This document shows positions 1 through 8,919 of a stretch of DNA of 64,000 nt, in pieces. The stretch covers positions 14,755 through 78,754 of the forward strand of contig JAAEQR010000195.1 of NCBI GenBank assembly GCA_024231215.1, in the 5' to 3' direction. Source of the stretch: PVC group bacterium. GTDB taxonomy: Bacteria; Omnitrophota; Gorgyraeia; B26-G9. The notes below the pieces were generated by a model, which made no database searches, had not been told where the DNA came from, and saw only the letters and a list, made by a program, of their open reading frames with translations. The position numbers were made by a program, and so were the translations under genes. Position 1 is the first letter of the stretch. Every line of letters begins with the position of its first letter.

Positions 1-551
1 TTGATACTGTTCATTCTGCGGTTGCACGGCGATCTCTGGATCTGGGGGCAAGTATCATCAATGATATTTCTGCATTGAGTGTGGATACAAATATGGGGAG
101 TGTGATTGCTGAATATAAAGCTGGGGTTATTCTGATGCATATGCAAGGAACCCCGCAGACAATGCAGGAAAACCCTGTATATAATGATATTCTTGAGGAT
201 GTTGTTGAATTTTTAAAACAAGCAAAGAAACAAGCGCTTGCTTGCGGGATTGAAGAACAATGTATTGCAATTGATCCCGGTATTGGTTTTGGTAAAACAA
301 CAAAGCATAATTTAAAAATAATAAAGCATCTGGATCAGTTTAAGAAAATAGAACAGCCGATTTTGATTGGGACATCACGAAAATCTTTCATCGGTAATGT
401 TATAGATGTTCCGGTAACAGAACGTGAGTTTGGTACTGCAGCAAGTGTTGTTTATTCAATAATAAACGGAGCAGATATTATCCGGGTACATAATGTGAAA
501 CAGATGCGGCAGGTAGCATCATTAACAGATGCAATTAGCAGGCAGGAATAA
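1..551 (+). CDS. folP: Dihydropteroate synthase, 3' portion. The gene begins upstream of the window (reading frame from nt 3).
   Basis: Translation of 3..551 gives DTVHSAVARRSLDLGASIINDISA...IDPGIGFGKT...IGTSRKSFIG, the typical DHPS pterin-binding motifs. There is no start codon inside the window. Confidence 0.85.
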   Translation, partial: DTVHSAVARRSLDLGASIINDISALSVDTNMGSVIAEYKAGVILMHMQGTPQTMQENPVYNDILEDVVEFLKQAKKQALACGIEEQCIAIDPGIGFGKTTKHNLKIIKHLDQFKKIEQPILIGTSRKSFIGNVIDVPVTEREFGTAASVVYSIINGADIIRVHNVKQMRQVASLTDAISRQE

Positions 552-557
552 GAAGAT

Positions 558-1361
558 ATGAATATAGATTTGAATGCTTTCGAAATAGTAAAAGTGGTAG
601 TAGAAATATCTATTATCTGGTTTTTACTTTATCGTTTTATGTTGTTTATTCGGGGGACGCGGGTTGTGCCTCTTTTGCGTGGGATTGTGGTATTGATAAT
701 CCTTTTTTCTTTAACGCATATTTTAAATCTTGTGGTTGTGAACTGGATTCTGACCAAATTATTTACTATATCCGTAATTGGATTTTTAATTCTTTTTCAG
801 CCGGAGATCCGTAGAGGTTTAAGCAAGATCGGACAGACATACTTTTTCGATTTATTTTCTACAGTACCGGAAGAAGGAGTAGTGAATAAAATTAGCCAGT
901 CTTTAGTCGTACTTGCCCAAAAGCGTATTGGGGTCTTGGTTGCTTTTGAACGCAGTGTTGGCCTTAAAACATATGCTGAGACTGGAGTGAAAATGGACTC
1001 GTTGGTTAGTTCTGAGTTACTAAATACTATTTTTGCTCCTTTGGGCCCCTTACATGATGGCGGAGTGATTGTTAGTGCGGGGCGGGTTATTGCCGCCGGG
1101 TGTCTTTTCCCGCTTTCGCAAAATCCAAATATAGATAGATCCCTGGGCACACGTCATCGTGCGGCAGTGGGGTTAAGCGAGGAGACAGATGCGGTTGTGG
1201 TCATGGTTTCGGAAGAAACAGGAAAGATCTCGATTGCTCACGCGGGAAAGCTGATTAGTGATTTTGAAGGTAAGGATTTTAATTTTGTTTTGAAGAATAT
1301 CCTGCATCAGCAGGAAGAGAAGAAAAAAACGTTTTTTTATAGCTGGAGACATAAGAAATAA
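558..1361 (+). CDS. cdaA: Diadenylate cyclase CdaA (three N-terminal TM helices plus a DAC domain)
   Basis: Hydrophobic N-terminus; DAC-domain motifs DGGVIVS and GTRHRAAVGLSEETDAVVVMVSEETG. Followed by the conserved cdaR-glmM context. Confidence 0.85.
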   Translation: MNIDLNAFEIVKVVVEISIIWFLLYRFMLFIRGTRVVPLLRGIVVLIILFSLTHILNLVVVNWILTKLFTISVIGFLILFQPEIRRGLSKIGQTYFFDLFSTVPEEGVVNKISQSLVVLAQKRIGVLVAFERSVGLKTYAETGVKMDSLVSSELLNTIFAPLGPLHDGGVIVSAGRVIAAGCLFPLSQNPNIDRSLGTRHRAAVGLSEETDAVVVMVSEETGKISIAHAGKLISDFEGKDFNFVLKNILHQQEEKKKTFFYSWRHKK

Positions 1362-1768
1362 TGAAAGTTAAGAAAAGTCACAGAGCTATATGGCTCAAGA
1401 TATTCAGCTTATTACTGGCTATAGTGATTTGGATTTATATCAATGGTATTGTCCAGAGGATTAGTGGCGGACCTATTGCTTATAAAGATTTAGAAGAAGT
1501 AGCTATTCTAGTCATGGGAGAGCCGGTAGTCTTGGGTAAAAATGTGGTTTCCGTGGAACTTGAGAAAAATTTTATTGATTTACGGGTAAAAGGTCCGGAG
1601 CAGGAAATAGAACAATTAACGCAGATGGATGTTACTGCTTATGTAAATGTAACAGGGTTGAAATCTGGAAAAACATATAGTCCGGTTGTGAAATTTGTTA
1701 TGCCTTCAAATATGAGCATCGTGGGGGCTTCACCGTTAATAAGGGTGGAAATAAAAGAAGTATTATAA
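1361..1768 (+). CDS. Short CdaR/YbbR-like regulator of CdaA (135 aa, N-terminal TM anchor)
   Basis: Translationally coupled (ATGA overlap) between cdaA and glmM, the conserved position of cdaR. N-terminal TM helix. Much shorter than typical multi-YbbR CdaR proteins. Confidence 0.5.
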   Translation: MKVKKSHRAIWLKIFSLLLAIVIWIYINGIVQRISGGPIAYKDLEEVAILVMGEPVVLGKNVVSVELEKNFIDLRVKGPEQEIEQLTQMDVTAYVNVTGLKSGKTYSPVVKFVMPSNMSIVGASPLIRVEIKEVL

Positions 1769-1770
1769 GG

Positions 1771-3132
1771 ATGGATGACAAAATGAAACGATTGTTTGGA
1801 ACAGACGGCATTAGGGGTAAATTTAAAGAATGGCCGCTAACAACAGATGTTATTTATAATGTAAGTTTAGCGACAGGAATTTGGTTGAAAAAGAAACATA
1901 AACGAAAAAGACCCCTCCGGGTAATTATTGGCAAAGACACAAGGTATTCTTGTGATGCGATAGAAAAATATTTAGCTGCGGGTTTTACCCAAAAAGGTAT
2001 AGAGGTTTATTCAGCGGGCGTTCTCCCGACTCCGGGACTGGCCTATCTTGCCAATACAATGGATGTAGAATTAGGGATAATGATTTCTGCATCGCATAAT
2101 CCGGCCGATGATAACGGTATTAAATTTTTTAAGCATAACGGTTATAAGCTTACAGAAATTGAAGAATGCCAAATAGAGAAGATAATTTTTGCGTTATTGG
2201 ATAAGAAAAGTAAGGCAAAGAAGCAAGGGCGTATTAAATTAAAAAAGATTTCAGCAGAGCCTTATATGGAACATTTAAAGCAGTGTGTAGCAGGCTTAGA
2301 TCTTAAGGGTAAAAAAGTTGTTATTGATTGCGCGAATGGTGCTGTATCTGATTACGCGGGACGACTTCTGAAAGATTTTGGGGCAAAAGTTACAGCGCTT
2401 TCCGCTAAACCTGACGGCCGGAATATTAATCGAAATTGTGGTTCTTTGCACCCGGAACGAGCTGCGGATCAAATTAAGAGAAAAGGAGCTTGCGTTGGTT
2501 TTTCCTTTGATGGTGACGGAGACAGGGTTATTTATAGTAATGAAAAAGGTGTTGTCTGCGACGGAGATCAAATAATGACTTTGGTTGCCAGACATTTTAT
2601 GAAAAAAAAGAAACTGGCAAGTAAAACAGTTGTTGCAACTTCAATGAGTAATTTTGGATTAGGCAAGATATTAGATAAGCTGAAAGTAAAATTAATCCGG
2701 GCTGATGTTGGGGATAAATATGTATTGGAACAAATACTAAAAAATAAAGCAAATTTTGGCGGAGAGCAATCCGGGCATATTATTTTTCTTGATTACGCGA
2801 CAACCGGGGACGGAATGTTGACTGCTTTACAAATATTACAGATAATGCAGGAAACAGGAACAGCGGCAAGCAGGCTCGCGACAGGATATAAAAGATATCC
2901 GCAATTATTAATTAATATTCGGGTGAAAGAAAAGAAGGATTTTAAAAAAATACCTTCAGTTTGGGAAAAAGCACAGGAAGTAGAAAAAACATTAAAGGGT
3001 GATGGACGGCTGGTTTTGCGTTATTCCGGAACTGAGCCATTAGCCAGAGTTATGGTTGAGGGCAAATGTAAACGTCAGATAAAAAAATTAGCTTATTCGA
3101 TTATAGATGAAATTAAAAAAGAAATAGGATGA
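1771..3132 (+). CDS. glmM: Phosphoglucosamine mutase GlmM
   Basis: FGTDGIRG N-terminus, active-site [22 protein letters not shown] Mg-binding loop, about 450 aa. Alternative start at 1783. Confidence 0.9.
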   Translation: MDDKMKRLFGTDGIRGKFKEWPLTTDVIYNVSLATGIWLKKKHKRKRPLRVIIGKDTRYSCDAIEKYLAAGFTQKGIEVYSAGVLPTPGLAYLANTMDVELGIMISASHNPADDNGIKFFKHNGYKLTEIEECQIEKIIFALLDKKSKAKKQGRIKLKKISAEPYMEHLKQCVAGLDLKGKKVVIDCANGAVSDYAGRLLKDFGAKVTALSAKPDGRNINRNCGSLHPERAADQIKRKGACVGFSFDGDGDRVIYSNEKGVVCDGDQIMTLVARHFMKKKKLASKTVVATSMSNFGLGKILDKLKVKLIRADVGDKYVLEQILKNKANFGGEQSGHIIFLDYATTGDGMLTALQILQIMQETGTAASRLATGYKRYPQLLINIRVKEKKDFKKIPSVWEKAQEVEKTLKGDGRLVLRYSGTEPLARVMVEGKCKRQIKKLAYSIIDEIKKEIG

Positions 3133-3136
3133 AATA

Positions 3137-3874
3137 ATGGTAAAACTGGGCGTTAATATAGATCATGTGGCAACTGTACGTCAGGCAAGACGTACGATTG
3201 AGCCGGATCCTGTGGCTGCGGCTGTATTGGTTGAGCTTGCCGGAGGGGACGGGATCACCGTGCATCTAAGGGAAGACAGAAGACATATTAACGATCGCGA
3301 TGTGGATATTCTGCGTCAGGTTGTGCGCACAAAACTGAATTTGGAGATGTCTATAGCTCCTTCTATTGTGAAAATCGCTTGCCGGATAAAACCGGACCAG
3401 GTAACTTTGGTTCCGGAGAAACGGCAGGAGATAACTACAGAAGGTGGTTTGAATGTATCCGGACAATTGAAAAAGATAAAAAAAACAGTTAAGACCTTAC
3501 AGAAAAAAGGTATTGTGGTGAGTCTTTTTATTGCCGCGGAAAAAAAACAAATAGAAGCTGCTAGTAAGACCGGAGCAGAGTTTATAGAGTTACATACCGG
3601 ACGGTATGCTAATATGAAAAGTAAAAAGACAGCAGATAAAGAATTGAGGGTATTGGCCATAGGTGCTGTACTGGCAAAGTCTTTGGGATTGAGAGTTAAT
3701 GCCGGTCATGGTTTGACATATTTGAATACTCGCGAATTAGTAGAAACAGTTCCGTATTTAGAAGAACTCAATATCGGGCATTCAATAGTTTCCAAGGCAG
3801 TTTTGGTGGGGATGGAAAACGCGGTTCTTGAGATGAAAGAACTTATAAATTCGTGCCAGCAAGGAGATAATTAG
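3137..3874 (+). CDS. pdxJ: Pyridoxine 5'-phosphate synthase PdxJ
   Basis: [18 protein letters not shown]...EPDP N-terminus, HLREDRRHI, 245 aa. Confidence 0.85.
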   Translation: MVKLGVNIDHVATVRQARRTIEPDPVAAAVLVELAGGDGITVHLREDRRHINDRDVDILRQVVRTKLNLEMSIAPSIVKIACRIKPDQVTLVPEKRQEITTEGGLNVSGQLKKIKKTVKTLQKKGIVVSLFIAAEKKQIEAASKTGAEFIELHTGRYANMKSKKTADKELRVLAIGAVLAKSLGLRVNAGHGLTYLNTRELVETVPYLEELNIGHSIVSKAVLVGMENAVLEMKELINSCQQGDN

Positions 3875-4263
3875 TGATGATTAGCTGTGGCACGGATATT
3901 TTAGAAACCCAAAGAATGAAAAATGCTGTCCAGAAATGGGATCAGGCGTTTTTAAAAAGAATTTTTACTGAAAAAGAGATTGAATATTCGATGGGTAAAA
4001 GATTTTACTTTGAACATTTAGCAGCGCGTTTTGCCGCAAAAGAAGCAGTGTTCAAAGCATTTGGCGAAGGATTCAGCAGTGCTAACTTTAAAGATATTGA
4101 AATTGTAAACGATAAAAACGGCCGTCCCAGTGTACTATTAAAAGGCGCGATGCAGGAATTGAGCAACAACCAGAAGGTAGATAGTATCGCAATCAGCATG
4201 TCTCATACTAGAAATTATGCTCAGGCGATGGCAATTATTACCCGAAAAAGTGAAGAAAATTAA
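3874..4263 (+). CDS. acpS: Holo-ACP synthase (4'-phosphopantetheinyl transferase AcpS)
   Basis: 129 aa; GTDILETQR start and AAKEAVFKAFG motif typical of AcpS. Coupled to pdxJ (ATGA overlap). Confidence 0.8.
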   Translation: MMISCGTDILETQRMKNAVQKWDQAFLKRIFTEKEIEYSMGKRFYFEHLAARFAAKEAVFKAFGEGFSSANFKDIEIVNDKNGRPSVLLKGAMQELSNNQKVDSIAISMSHTRNYAQAMAIITRKSEEN

Positions 4264-5104
4264 AACTAATTTTTTAAGAAGAAATAAAGATGCCCATAAA
4301 GGAGACTTTGGTCATCTTTTTGTATTAGCTGGTTCTCGCGGATTTACCGGAGCAGCATATCTTTGCACGCAAGCGGCGTTACTAAGCGGAGCGGGATTAG
4401 TTACTTTAGGTATTCCAAAAAGTTCAAATGTGATTGTTGCTAAGAAGCTGGTAGAGGCAATGACTAAACCGTTGCCTGAGACGAAAAATGGAAGTTTGGA
4501 TGCTAAAGCGTTTTCAGAGATAAAACGGTTTTTAGCTAAGATAAATGTTTTAGCTATTGGTCCGGGATTATCACAAAATCCGACTACTCAGCGCTTAATT
4601 CGCAAGATCATTAAAGAGGTCGATTTACCTATGGTGATTGACGCAGACGGATTAAACGCTTTAGCGGGGCATATGGATATACTTAAAAACCGGACTGCTC
4701 CGACGGTAATTACTCCTCATCCAGGGGAGATGGGGCGTCTTTTGGGTATGCCTGCTGTCAAAGTACAAAAAAATAGAAGAATACTTGCAAAAAGACTATC
4801 TTGTATGTATAATATTGTAACTGTGTTAAAAGGCCGGGGTACAGTGGTAGTATCCAAAGCCGGGAAAGTTTTTGAGAACACTACGGGAAACCCGGGCATG
4901 GCTAAGGGTGGTAGTGGTGATGTATTGACTGGAATTCTTGCAGCCTTTCTGGCACAGGGAGCAGATCCTTTTGAAGCGGCGAAATTAGCGGTATATGTGC
5001 ATGGATTAGCCGGGGATATAGCAGTAAAAGCAAAAGGACAGATCAGTCTTCTGGCAACGGATATAATAAATGTATTGCCGAAGGCGTTTAAAAAGATTAT
5101 TTGA
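4217..5104 (+). CDS. nnrD: ADP-dependent (S)-NAD(P)H-hydrate dehydratase (YjeF C-terminal domain, carbohydrate-kinase fold)
   Basis: HKGDFGHLFVLAGSRGFTGAAYL N-terminus and GNPGMAKGGSGDVLTG motif. Overlaps acpS by 47 nt, so the true start may be an internal non-ATG codon. Confidence 0.8.
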   Translation: MLRRWQLLPEKVKKIKTNFLRRNKDAHKGDFGHLFVLAGSRGFTGAAYLCTQAALLSGAGLVTLGIPKSSNVIVAKKLVEAMTKPLPETKNGSLDAKAFSEIKRFLAKINVLAIGPGLSQNPTTQRLIRKIIKEVDLPMVIDADGLNALAGHMDILKNRTAPTVITPHPGEMGRLLGMPAVKVQKNRRILAKRLSCMYNIVTVLKGRGTVVVSKAGKVFENTTGNPGMAKGGSGDVLTGILAAFLAQGADPFEAAKLAVYVHGLAGDIAVKAKGQISLLATDIINVLPKAFKKII

Positions 5105-5117
5105 TAAAGAATTCGGT

Positions 5118-5192
5118 GCTGGCGTGGCTCAATGGTAGAGCAGCTGATTTGTAATCAGCGGGTTGGGGGTTCAAGTCCTCTCGCCAGCTCCA
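5118..5192 (+). tRNA. tRNA-Thr (anticodon UGU), CCA encoded
   Basis: Acceptor stem GCTGGCG/CGCCAGC, D-arm GCTC-AATGGT-AGAGC, anticodon arm GCTGA-TTTGTAA-TCAGC, T-loop TTCAAGT, discriminator T then CCA. Confidence 0.8.
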
Positions 5193-5220
5193 TTTTTGAA
5201 ATGAAACACCAATTTTTTTT

Positions 5221-5305
5221 GGGCAGGTGGCCGAGTGGTCAAAGGCAGCAGACTGTAAATCTGTCGGCGCAGCCTACGTAGGTTCAAATCCTTCCCTGCC
5301 CACCA
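5221..5305 (+). tRNA. tRNA-Tyr (anticodon GUA) with long variable arm, CCA encoded
   Basis: Acceptor stem GGGCAGG/CCTGCCC, anticodon arm GCAGA-CTGTAAA-TCTGT, long variable arm, T-loop TTCAAAT. Very similar to canonical bacterial tRNA-Tyr. Confidence 0.8.
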
Positions 5306-5312
5306 TTTTTTT

Positions 5313-5386
5313 GCGGGAGTAGTTCAGTGGTAGAACAATAGCCTTCCAAGCTATATACGAGGGTTCGATTCCCTTCTCCCGCTCCA
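5313..5386 (+). tRNA. tRNA-Gly (anticodon UCC), CCA encoded
   Basis: Acceptor stem GCGGGAG/CTCCCGC, D-arm GTTC-AGTGGT-AGAAC, anticodon arm ATAGC-CTTCCAA-GCTAT, T-arm GAGGG-TTCGATT-CCCTT. Confidence 0.85.
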
Positions 5387-5396
5387 ATACAAAATA

Positions 5397-5428
5397 CCCG
5401 GCTTTATGCCGGGTTTTTTTATTGGTAG
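5397..5428 (+). terminator. Rho-independent terminator after the tRNA cluster. It may act in both directions and also terminate the convergent minus-strand operon.
   Basis: Hairpin CCCGGCtttatGCCGGG followed by a T8 run on the + strand. A-rich tract on the 5' side. Confidence 0.75.
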
Positions 5429-5580
5429 AGCAGAAAGGGAATCGAAGAACTGGAACTTCCTTCTCTTCTTGGGAACTTTACCCCCTAAAGAGGTGTGTCT
5501 TCGGCACGCTGAAAGAAGTTTGACGCAAAGTAAATTTGGGATTATAATGGTAATATAAAAAAGAACAAAGTTAAAGCTGC

Positions 5581-5739
5581 TTAGAATAATGTGTATATGA
5601 ATGGTGCGGCGGCTGAGCCTTGCCCCCAGACGATCAAAAGCCCTAAAAGCAATAAAAAGAAAACAATTGGTGCTAAAATCCAGTTTTTTCTTGCCTTTAA
5701 AAATTCCCAGAATTCTTTAATAATTGCTAATTTGCTCAT
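5581..5739 (-). CDS. DUF5989-family small membrane protein (SxtK-like), 52 aa. Not in the ORF track because it is under 60 aa.
   Basis: Reverse-strand ATG at 5739 to TAA at 5581 translates to MSKLAIIKEFWEFLKARKNWILAPIVFFLLLLGLLIVWGQGSAAAPFIYTLF. This matches the DUF5989 pattern (EFWxFLKxRKxWWLxPIv...GSAxAPFIYTLF). It is the last gene of the carbamoyltransferase operon. Confidence 0.75.
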   Translation of the reverse strand: MSKLAIIKEFWEFLKARKNWILAPIVFFLLLLGLLIVWGQGSAAAPFIYTLF

Positions 5740-5754
5740 AATATTACTCCAAAA

Positions 5755-6159
5755 TTAAAACTGTTTTTCGTAATTGTTTAATTCTTTTCTTTTTATCCAA
5801 TAGCTGTTTGCTGTTTCATCTATTTTTAGATCGAGAAATTTTTTATTGAATAAGCGTGCGCATAGGCTGAGTGGTGTTAGTATGCTATAAAAGAATACAG
5901 TTAAGATTATTCGGGACATAAGCCAGCCAATAATAACAGCTAACCCCATCCATATTTTTTGAATAGGTTTAAGTAAGAGTGGGCAGGTAACTCCTAGACC
6001 TATTAGTATTGCTCCACAGAGCAAAAAGTAATTAGCAGATGATTTTTCTTTAAAGAGCAATATGCAGCTTATCACAGCAAGAATATTACCTATGGTCAAG
6101 GCAAATTCCCGCAGTTCTTTTTTTGTGCTTTTTATGTTTTTCATTTCTTGTTTAATCAT
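5755..6159 (-). CDS. SxtJ-family-like membrane protein (134 aa, about three TM helices)
   Basis: Small polytopic membrane protein immediately downstream of, and overlapping by 8 nt, a carbamoyltransferase gene. It is followed by DUF5989. This is the sxtI-sxtJ-sxtK-like arrangement. Confidence 0.6.
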   Translation of the reverse strand: MIKQEMKNIKSTKKELREFALTIGNILAVISCILLFKEKSSANYFLLCGAILIGLGVTCPLLLKPIQKIWMGLAVIIGWLMSRIILTVFFYSILTPLSLCARLFNKKFLDLKIDETANSYWIKRKELNNYEKQF

Positions 6160-7924
6160 GGTTTTTTTTAATCAGAAAATTGCCAATCAGTAAATAATCC
6201 ATATTAGTATTTATGAAACAGGTGTACGCGTCTTCCGGAGTGCAGACTATCGGTTCTCCCCGGACATTGAAAGATGTATTTATAATTAAAGGACATCCAT
6301 ATTTTTCTTTAAATTTTTCCAATAATTGATAATAAAGACGGTTGTTTTTTTTCTTTTTTACTGTTTGAACCCGGGCTGAATAATCTATATGAGTTATAGC
6401 TGGTACAGATGAACGAACTATTTTTAGCTTATCCAGCCCCAAAAGTTGTTTTTCGTCACTTGTTATATCCTTACGCAGTTCTTTTTTAAGGGGAGAGACT
6501 AAAAGCATGTAAGGGCTTTCCCGATCAAGCTCAAAGTAATCAGCGCTATGCTCGGCCATTACCGAAGGAGCAAAAGGTCTAAAACTTTCTCTGAATTTTA
6601 TTTTTAAATTCATGATTTCCTGCATTTGCTCCGATCTTGCATCGCCGAGAATGGAGCGGCTGCCTAATGCGCGTGGGCCGAATTCCATGCGACCCTGAAA
6701 CCAGCCGATTACTTTTTTCTGGGCAATTAAATCGGCAATCTTTTCCGGGATTTCTTCATCTGAGAGTTTAATATGAGATATTCTATTATTTTCAAGATAT
6801 TCTAAAATCCCGGTGTTTTTATATTCCGGGCCAAGATATGATCCAAACTGAGAGTCTGTTTTTTCATCAGTTAAACGTTGGTTGTCTAAATATTGATACC
6901 AGACAAACAATGCCGCGCCAAGTGCGCCGCCGGCATCTCCGGCCGCTGGTTGAATCCAGATATTTTTAAAATTACTTTCGCGCAGTATGAGTCCGTTAGC
7001 AACACAGTTTAAAGCTACTCCTCCGGCAAGGCAGAGATTATCTTGCCCTGATTCTTTGTGGAGGTGATTAACCATGCGTAATAGTATTTCTTCGGTTACT
7101 TTTTGAATAGAAGCGGCAATATCCATATCACGCTGTCTTAGTTCAGATTCCGGTTTGCGTGGTGGCCCGCCGAATAGTTTATGAAATTTTTTATTGGTCA
7201 TAGTCAATCCGGCGCAATAGTTAAAGTATTTCATATTTAATTTAAAAGAGCCGTCTTTTTTAAGGTCCATAAGTTCAGTCAAAATAACATCTTTATATTC
7301 AGGTGTTCCGTAAGGGGCCAACCCCATTAGTTTATATTCGCCGGAATTGACTTTGAATCCAGCATAGTATGTAAACGCGGAGTATAGCAATCCCAGAGAA
7401 TGAGGGAACATCATTTCGGCTAAAATATTCAGTTTGTTATCGATTGCTGTTCCATAACTTGCGGTTGCCCATTCTCCCACCCCGTCGATAGTTAGGAACG
7501 CAGCTTTTTGAAAAGGAGAGGGGAAGAATGCTGAAGCTGCATGAGATTGGTGGTGTTCGGGAAAGATGATTTTCCCGTTAAATTCGAGGTTTTTACTTAT
7601 ATAGTCTTTAATCCAAAGTTTTTTGTTTATCCATAGAGGAATTGCCCGGATAAAAGAATTGATTCCTTGTGGCGCATAGGCAAGATAAGTTTGGATGATT
7701 CGTTCAAATTTAAGAAAAGGTTTCTCGTAAAAAGCAATAAAATCCAAGTCTTTCCCGTCTAGTCCGGCTTGATCTAAACAATACTTGATTGCGTTTTCCG
7801 GAAAAGAAGGATCGTGTTTTTTCCGTGTAAAACGTTCTTCCTGAGCCGCGGCAACAATAATGCCGTCTTGCACAAGGCAGGCTGCACTGTCATGATAAAA
7901 AGCTGATATGCCAAGAATATTCAT
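6152..7924 (-). CDS. Carbamoyltransferase (NodU/CmcH family, Kae1-like N-domain)
   Basis: 590 aa; N-terminus MNILGISAFYHDSAACLVQDGIIVAAAQEERFTRKKHD and conserved HHxSHAASAF, GGVALNCVAN and C-terminal carbamoyltransferase domain motifs. Confidence 0.85.
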   Translation of the reverse strand: MNILGISAFYHDSAACLVQDGIIVAAAQEERFTRKKHDPSFPENAIKYCLDQAGLDGKDLDFIAFYEKPFLKFERIIQTYLAYAPQGINSFIRAIPLWINKKLWIKDYISKNLEFNGKIIFPEHHQSHAASAFFPSPFQKAAFLTIDGVGEWATASYGTAIDNKLNILAEMMFPHSLGLLYSAFTYYAGFKVNSGEYKLMGLAPYGTPEYKDVILTELMDLKKDGSFKLNMKYFNYCAGLTMTNKKFHKLFGGPPRKPESELRQRDMDIAASIQKVTEEILLRMVNHLHKESGQDNLCLAGGVALNCVANGLILRESNFKNIWIQPAAGDAGGALGAALFVWYQYLDNQRLTDEKTDSQFGSYLGPEYKNTGILEYLENNRISHIKLSDEEIPEKIADLIAQKKVIGWFQGRMEFGPRALGSRSILGDARSEQMQEIMNLKIKFRESFRPFAPSVMAEHSADYFELDRESPYMLLVSPLKKELRKDITSDEKQLLGLDKLKIVRSSVPAITHIDYSARVQTVKKKKNNRLYYQLLEKFKEKYGCPLIINTSFNVRGEPIVCTPEDAYTCFINTNMDYLLIGNFLIKKNHD

Positions 7925-7934
7925 AGATTTTTAA

Positions 7935-8753
7935 TTATCGCCAGGTGACTTGCGCTTCATTGCGCAAAGGGGTTCTTTTATATTGAAATTTCGGATATCC
8001 GATCATCATTGCGCCATAAGAAGCTTGGCGTCTGTTTATTTTTAAAGCTTCCTGCATCGGCGGCCACATTGAGGCAGCCATTTGGAAATATCCTGCCCAG
8101 CAGCAACCTAGTTTAAATGCAGAAGCGGCAAGCTCTAAATGAGTAAGCGCGATCATGCATGATTGCGGGGCGGTCATATCTGCTTGTAGTCCGTAGGCAA
8201 TAATTATATGCGGGGCATTTCGACAGACAAGATCTATATCTGCTTCCCAGGCACTGACAATTCCTTGGAAATGTAATGCTTCGGCGATTGGATTACCTGC
8301 GGTAATTAAATTGCGCATCCAGTCTATTACTATTCCAGCCAGATGTTGTACATCATCTTTATTTTCAATAATTAGCCATTTAACCGGTTGCAAATTTATT
8401 CCTGAAGGTGCGTAACGGGCGATATCGATCAACTTAAGCAGTTTCTCGCATTCTACGGCCTCGTCTTTATAGCAACGAATGGATTTACGGCCTTTAAAAA
8501 ATAATTCTATTTGATCGGGGCTGAGTTGCCAATTTTCCGGTAGAGATGTGCATTGTTCAGGACTCATTGTTTTTAGAGATAAAGCTCCATGTGGACAGAC
8601 ACTAACACAATGTCCGCAATTAATACATAATGTTTCTGCTTCAGCAACTGGCGTGGGTAGATTTTCTTTTATCTGAATAATGTTTCGCGGACATGCCGCA
8701 GCGCAAGCTCCGTCGCCAACACATTTTTCTTTATCAATAGTAAATAAGCTCAT
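7935..8753 (-). CDS. 4Fe-4S dicluster ferredoxin domain fused to a nitroreductase-family domain
   Basis: N-terminal CVGDGACAAACP and CINCGHCVSVCP cluster motifs. C-terminal nitroreductase signatures (RKSIRCY, ARYAPSGINLQP). Stop lies 10 nt from the carbamoyltransferase start. Confidence 0.75.
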   Translation of the reverse strand: MSLFTIDKEKCVGDGACAAACPRNIIQIKENLPTPVAEAETLCINCGHCVSVCPHGALSLKTMSPEQCTSLPENWQLSPDQIELFFKGRKSIRCYKDEAVECEKLLKLIDIARYAPSGINLQPVKWLIIENKDDVQHLAGIVIDWMRNLITAGNPIAEALHFQGIVSAWEADIDLVCRNAPHIIIAYGLQADMTAPQSCMIALTHLELAASAFKLGCCWAGYFQMAASMWPPMQEALKINRRQASYGAMMIGYPKFQYKRTPLRNEAQVTWR

Positions 8754-8919
8754 GTATATTCCTCCTGATTTTATGTCTGGATAATATTGTACCTCAGATT
8801 ACAATTATTTCACAAGCGTAATATATATTTTAACAATTGTATATTTGCAGCATCCATAGAAAAACATTTGTATTTTTTAAAAACCTTGTTTATGATATAA
8901 CTAACCAAGGAGTTAAATC

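Noticed and set aside
5424-5434. TGGTAGAGCAG repeat of the tRNA-Thr D-arm after the tRNA cluster
   Set aside because: It is only 11 nt with no flanking direct repeat and no integrase or mobile genes nearby. That is too short to call an att site, so it is kept only as a low-weight note.
5598-5762. + strand 54-aa ORF MNGAAAEPCPQTIKSPKSNKKK...
   Set aside because: It is low complexity and directly antisense to the well-formed DUF5989 gene, with no RBS. The region may still be transcribed as antisense RNA (see finding).
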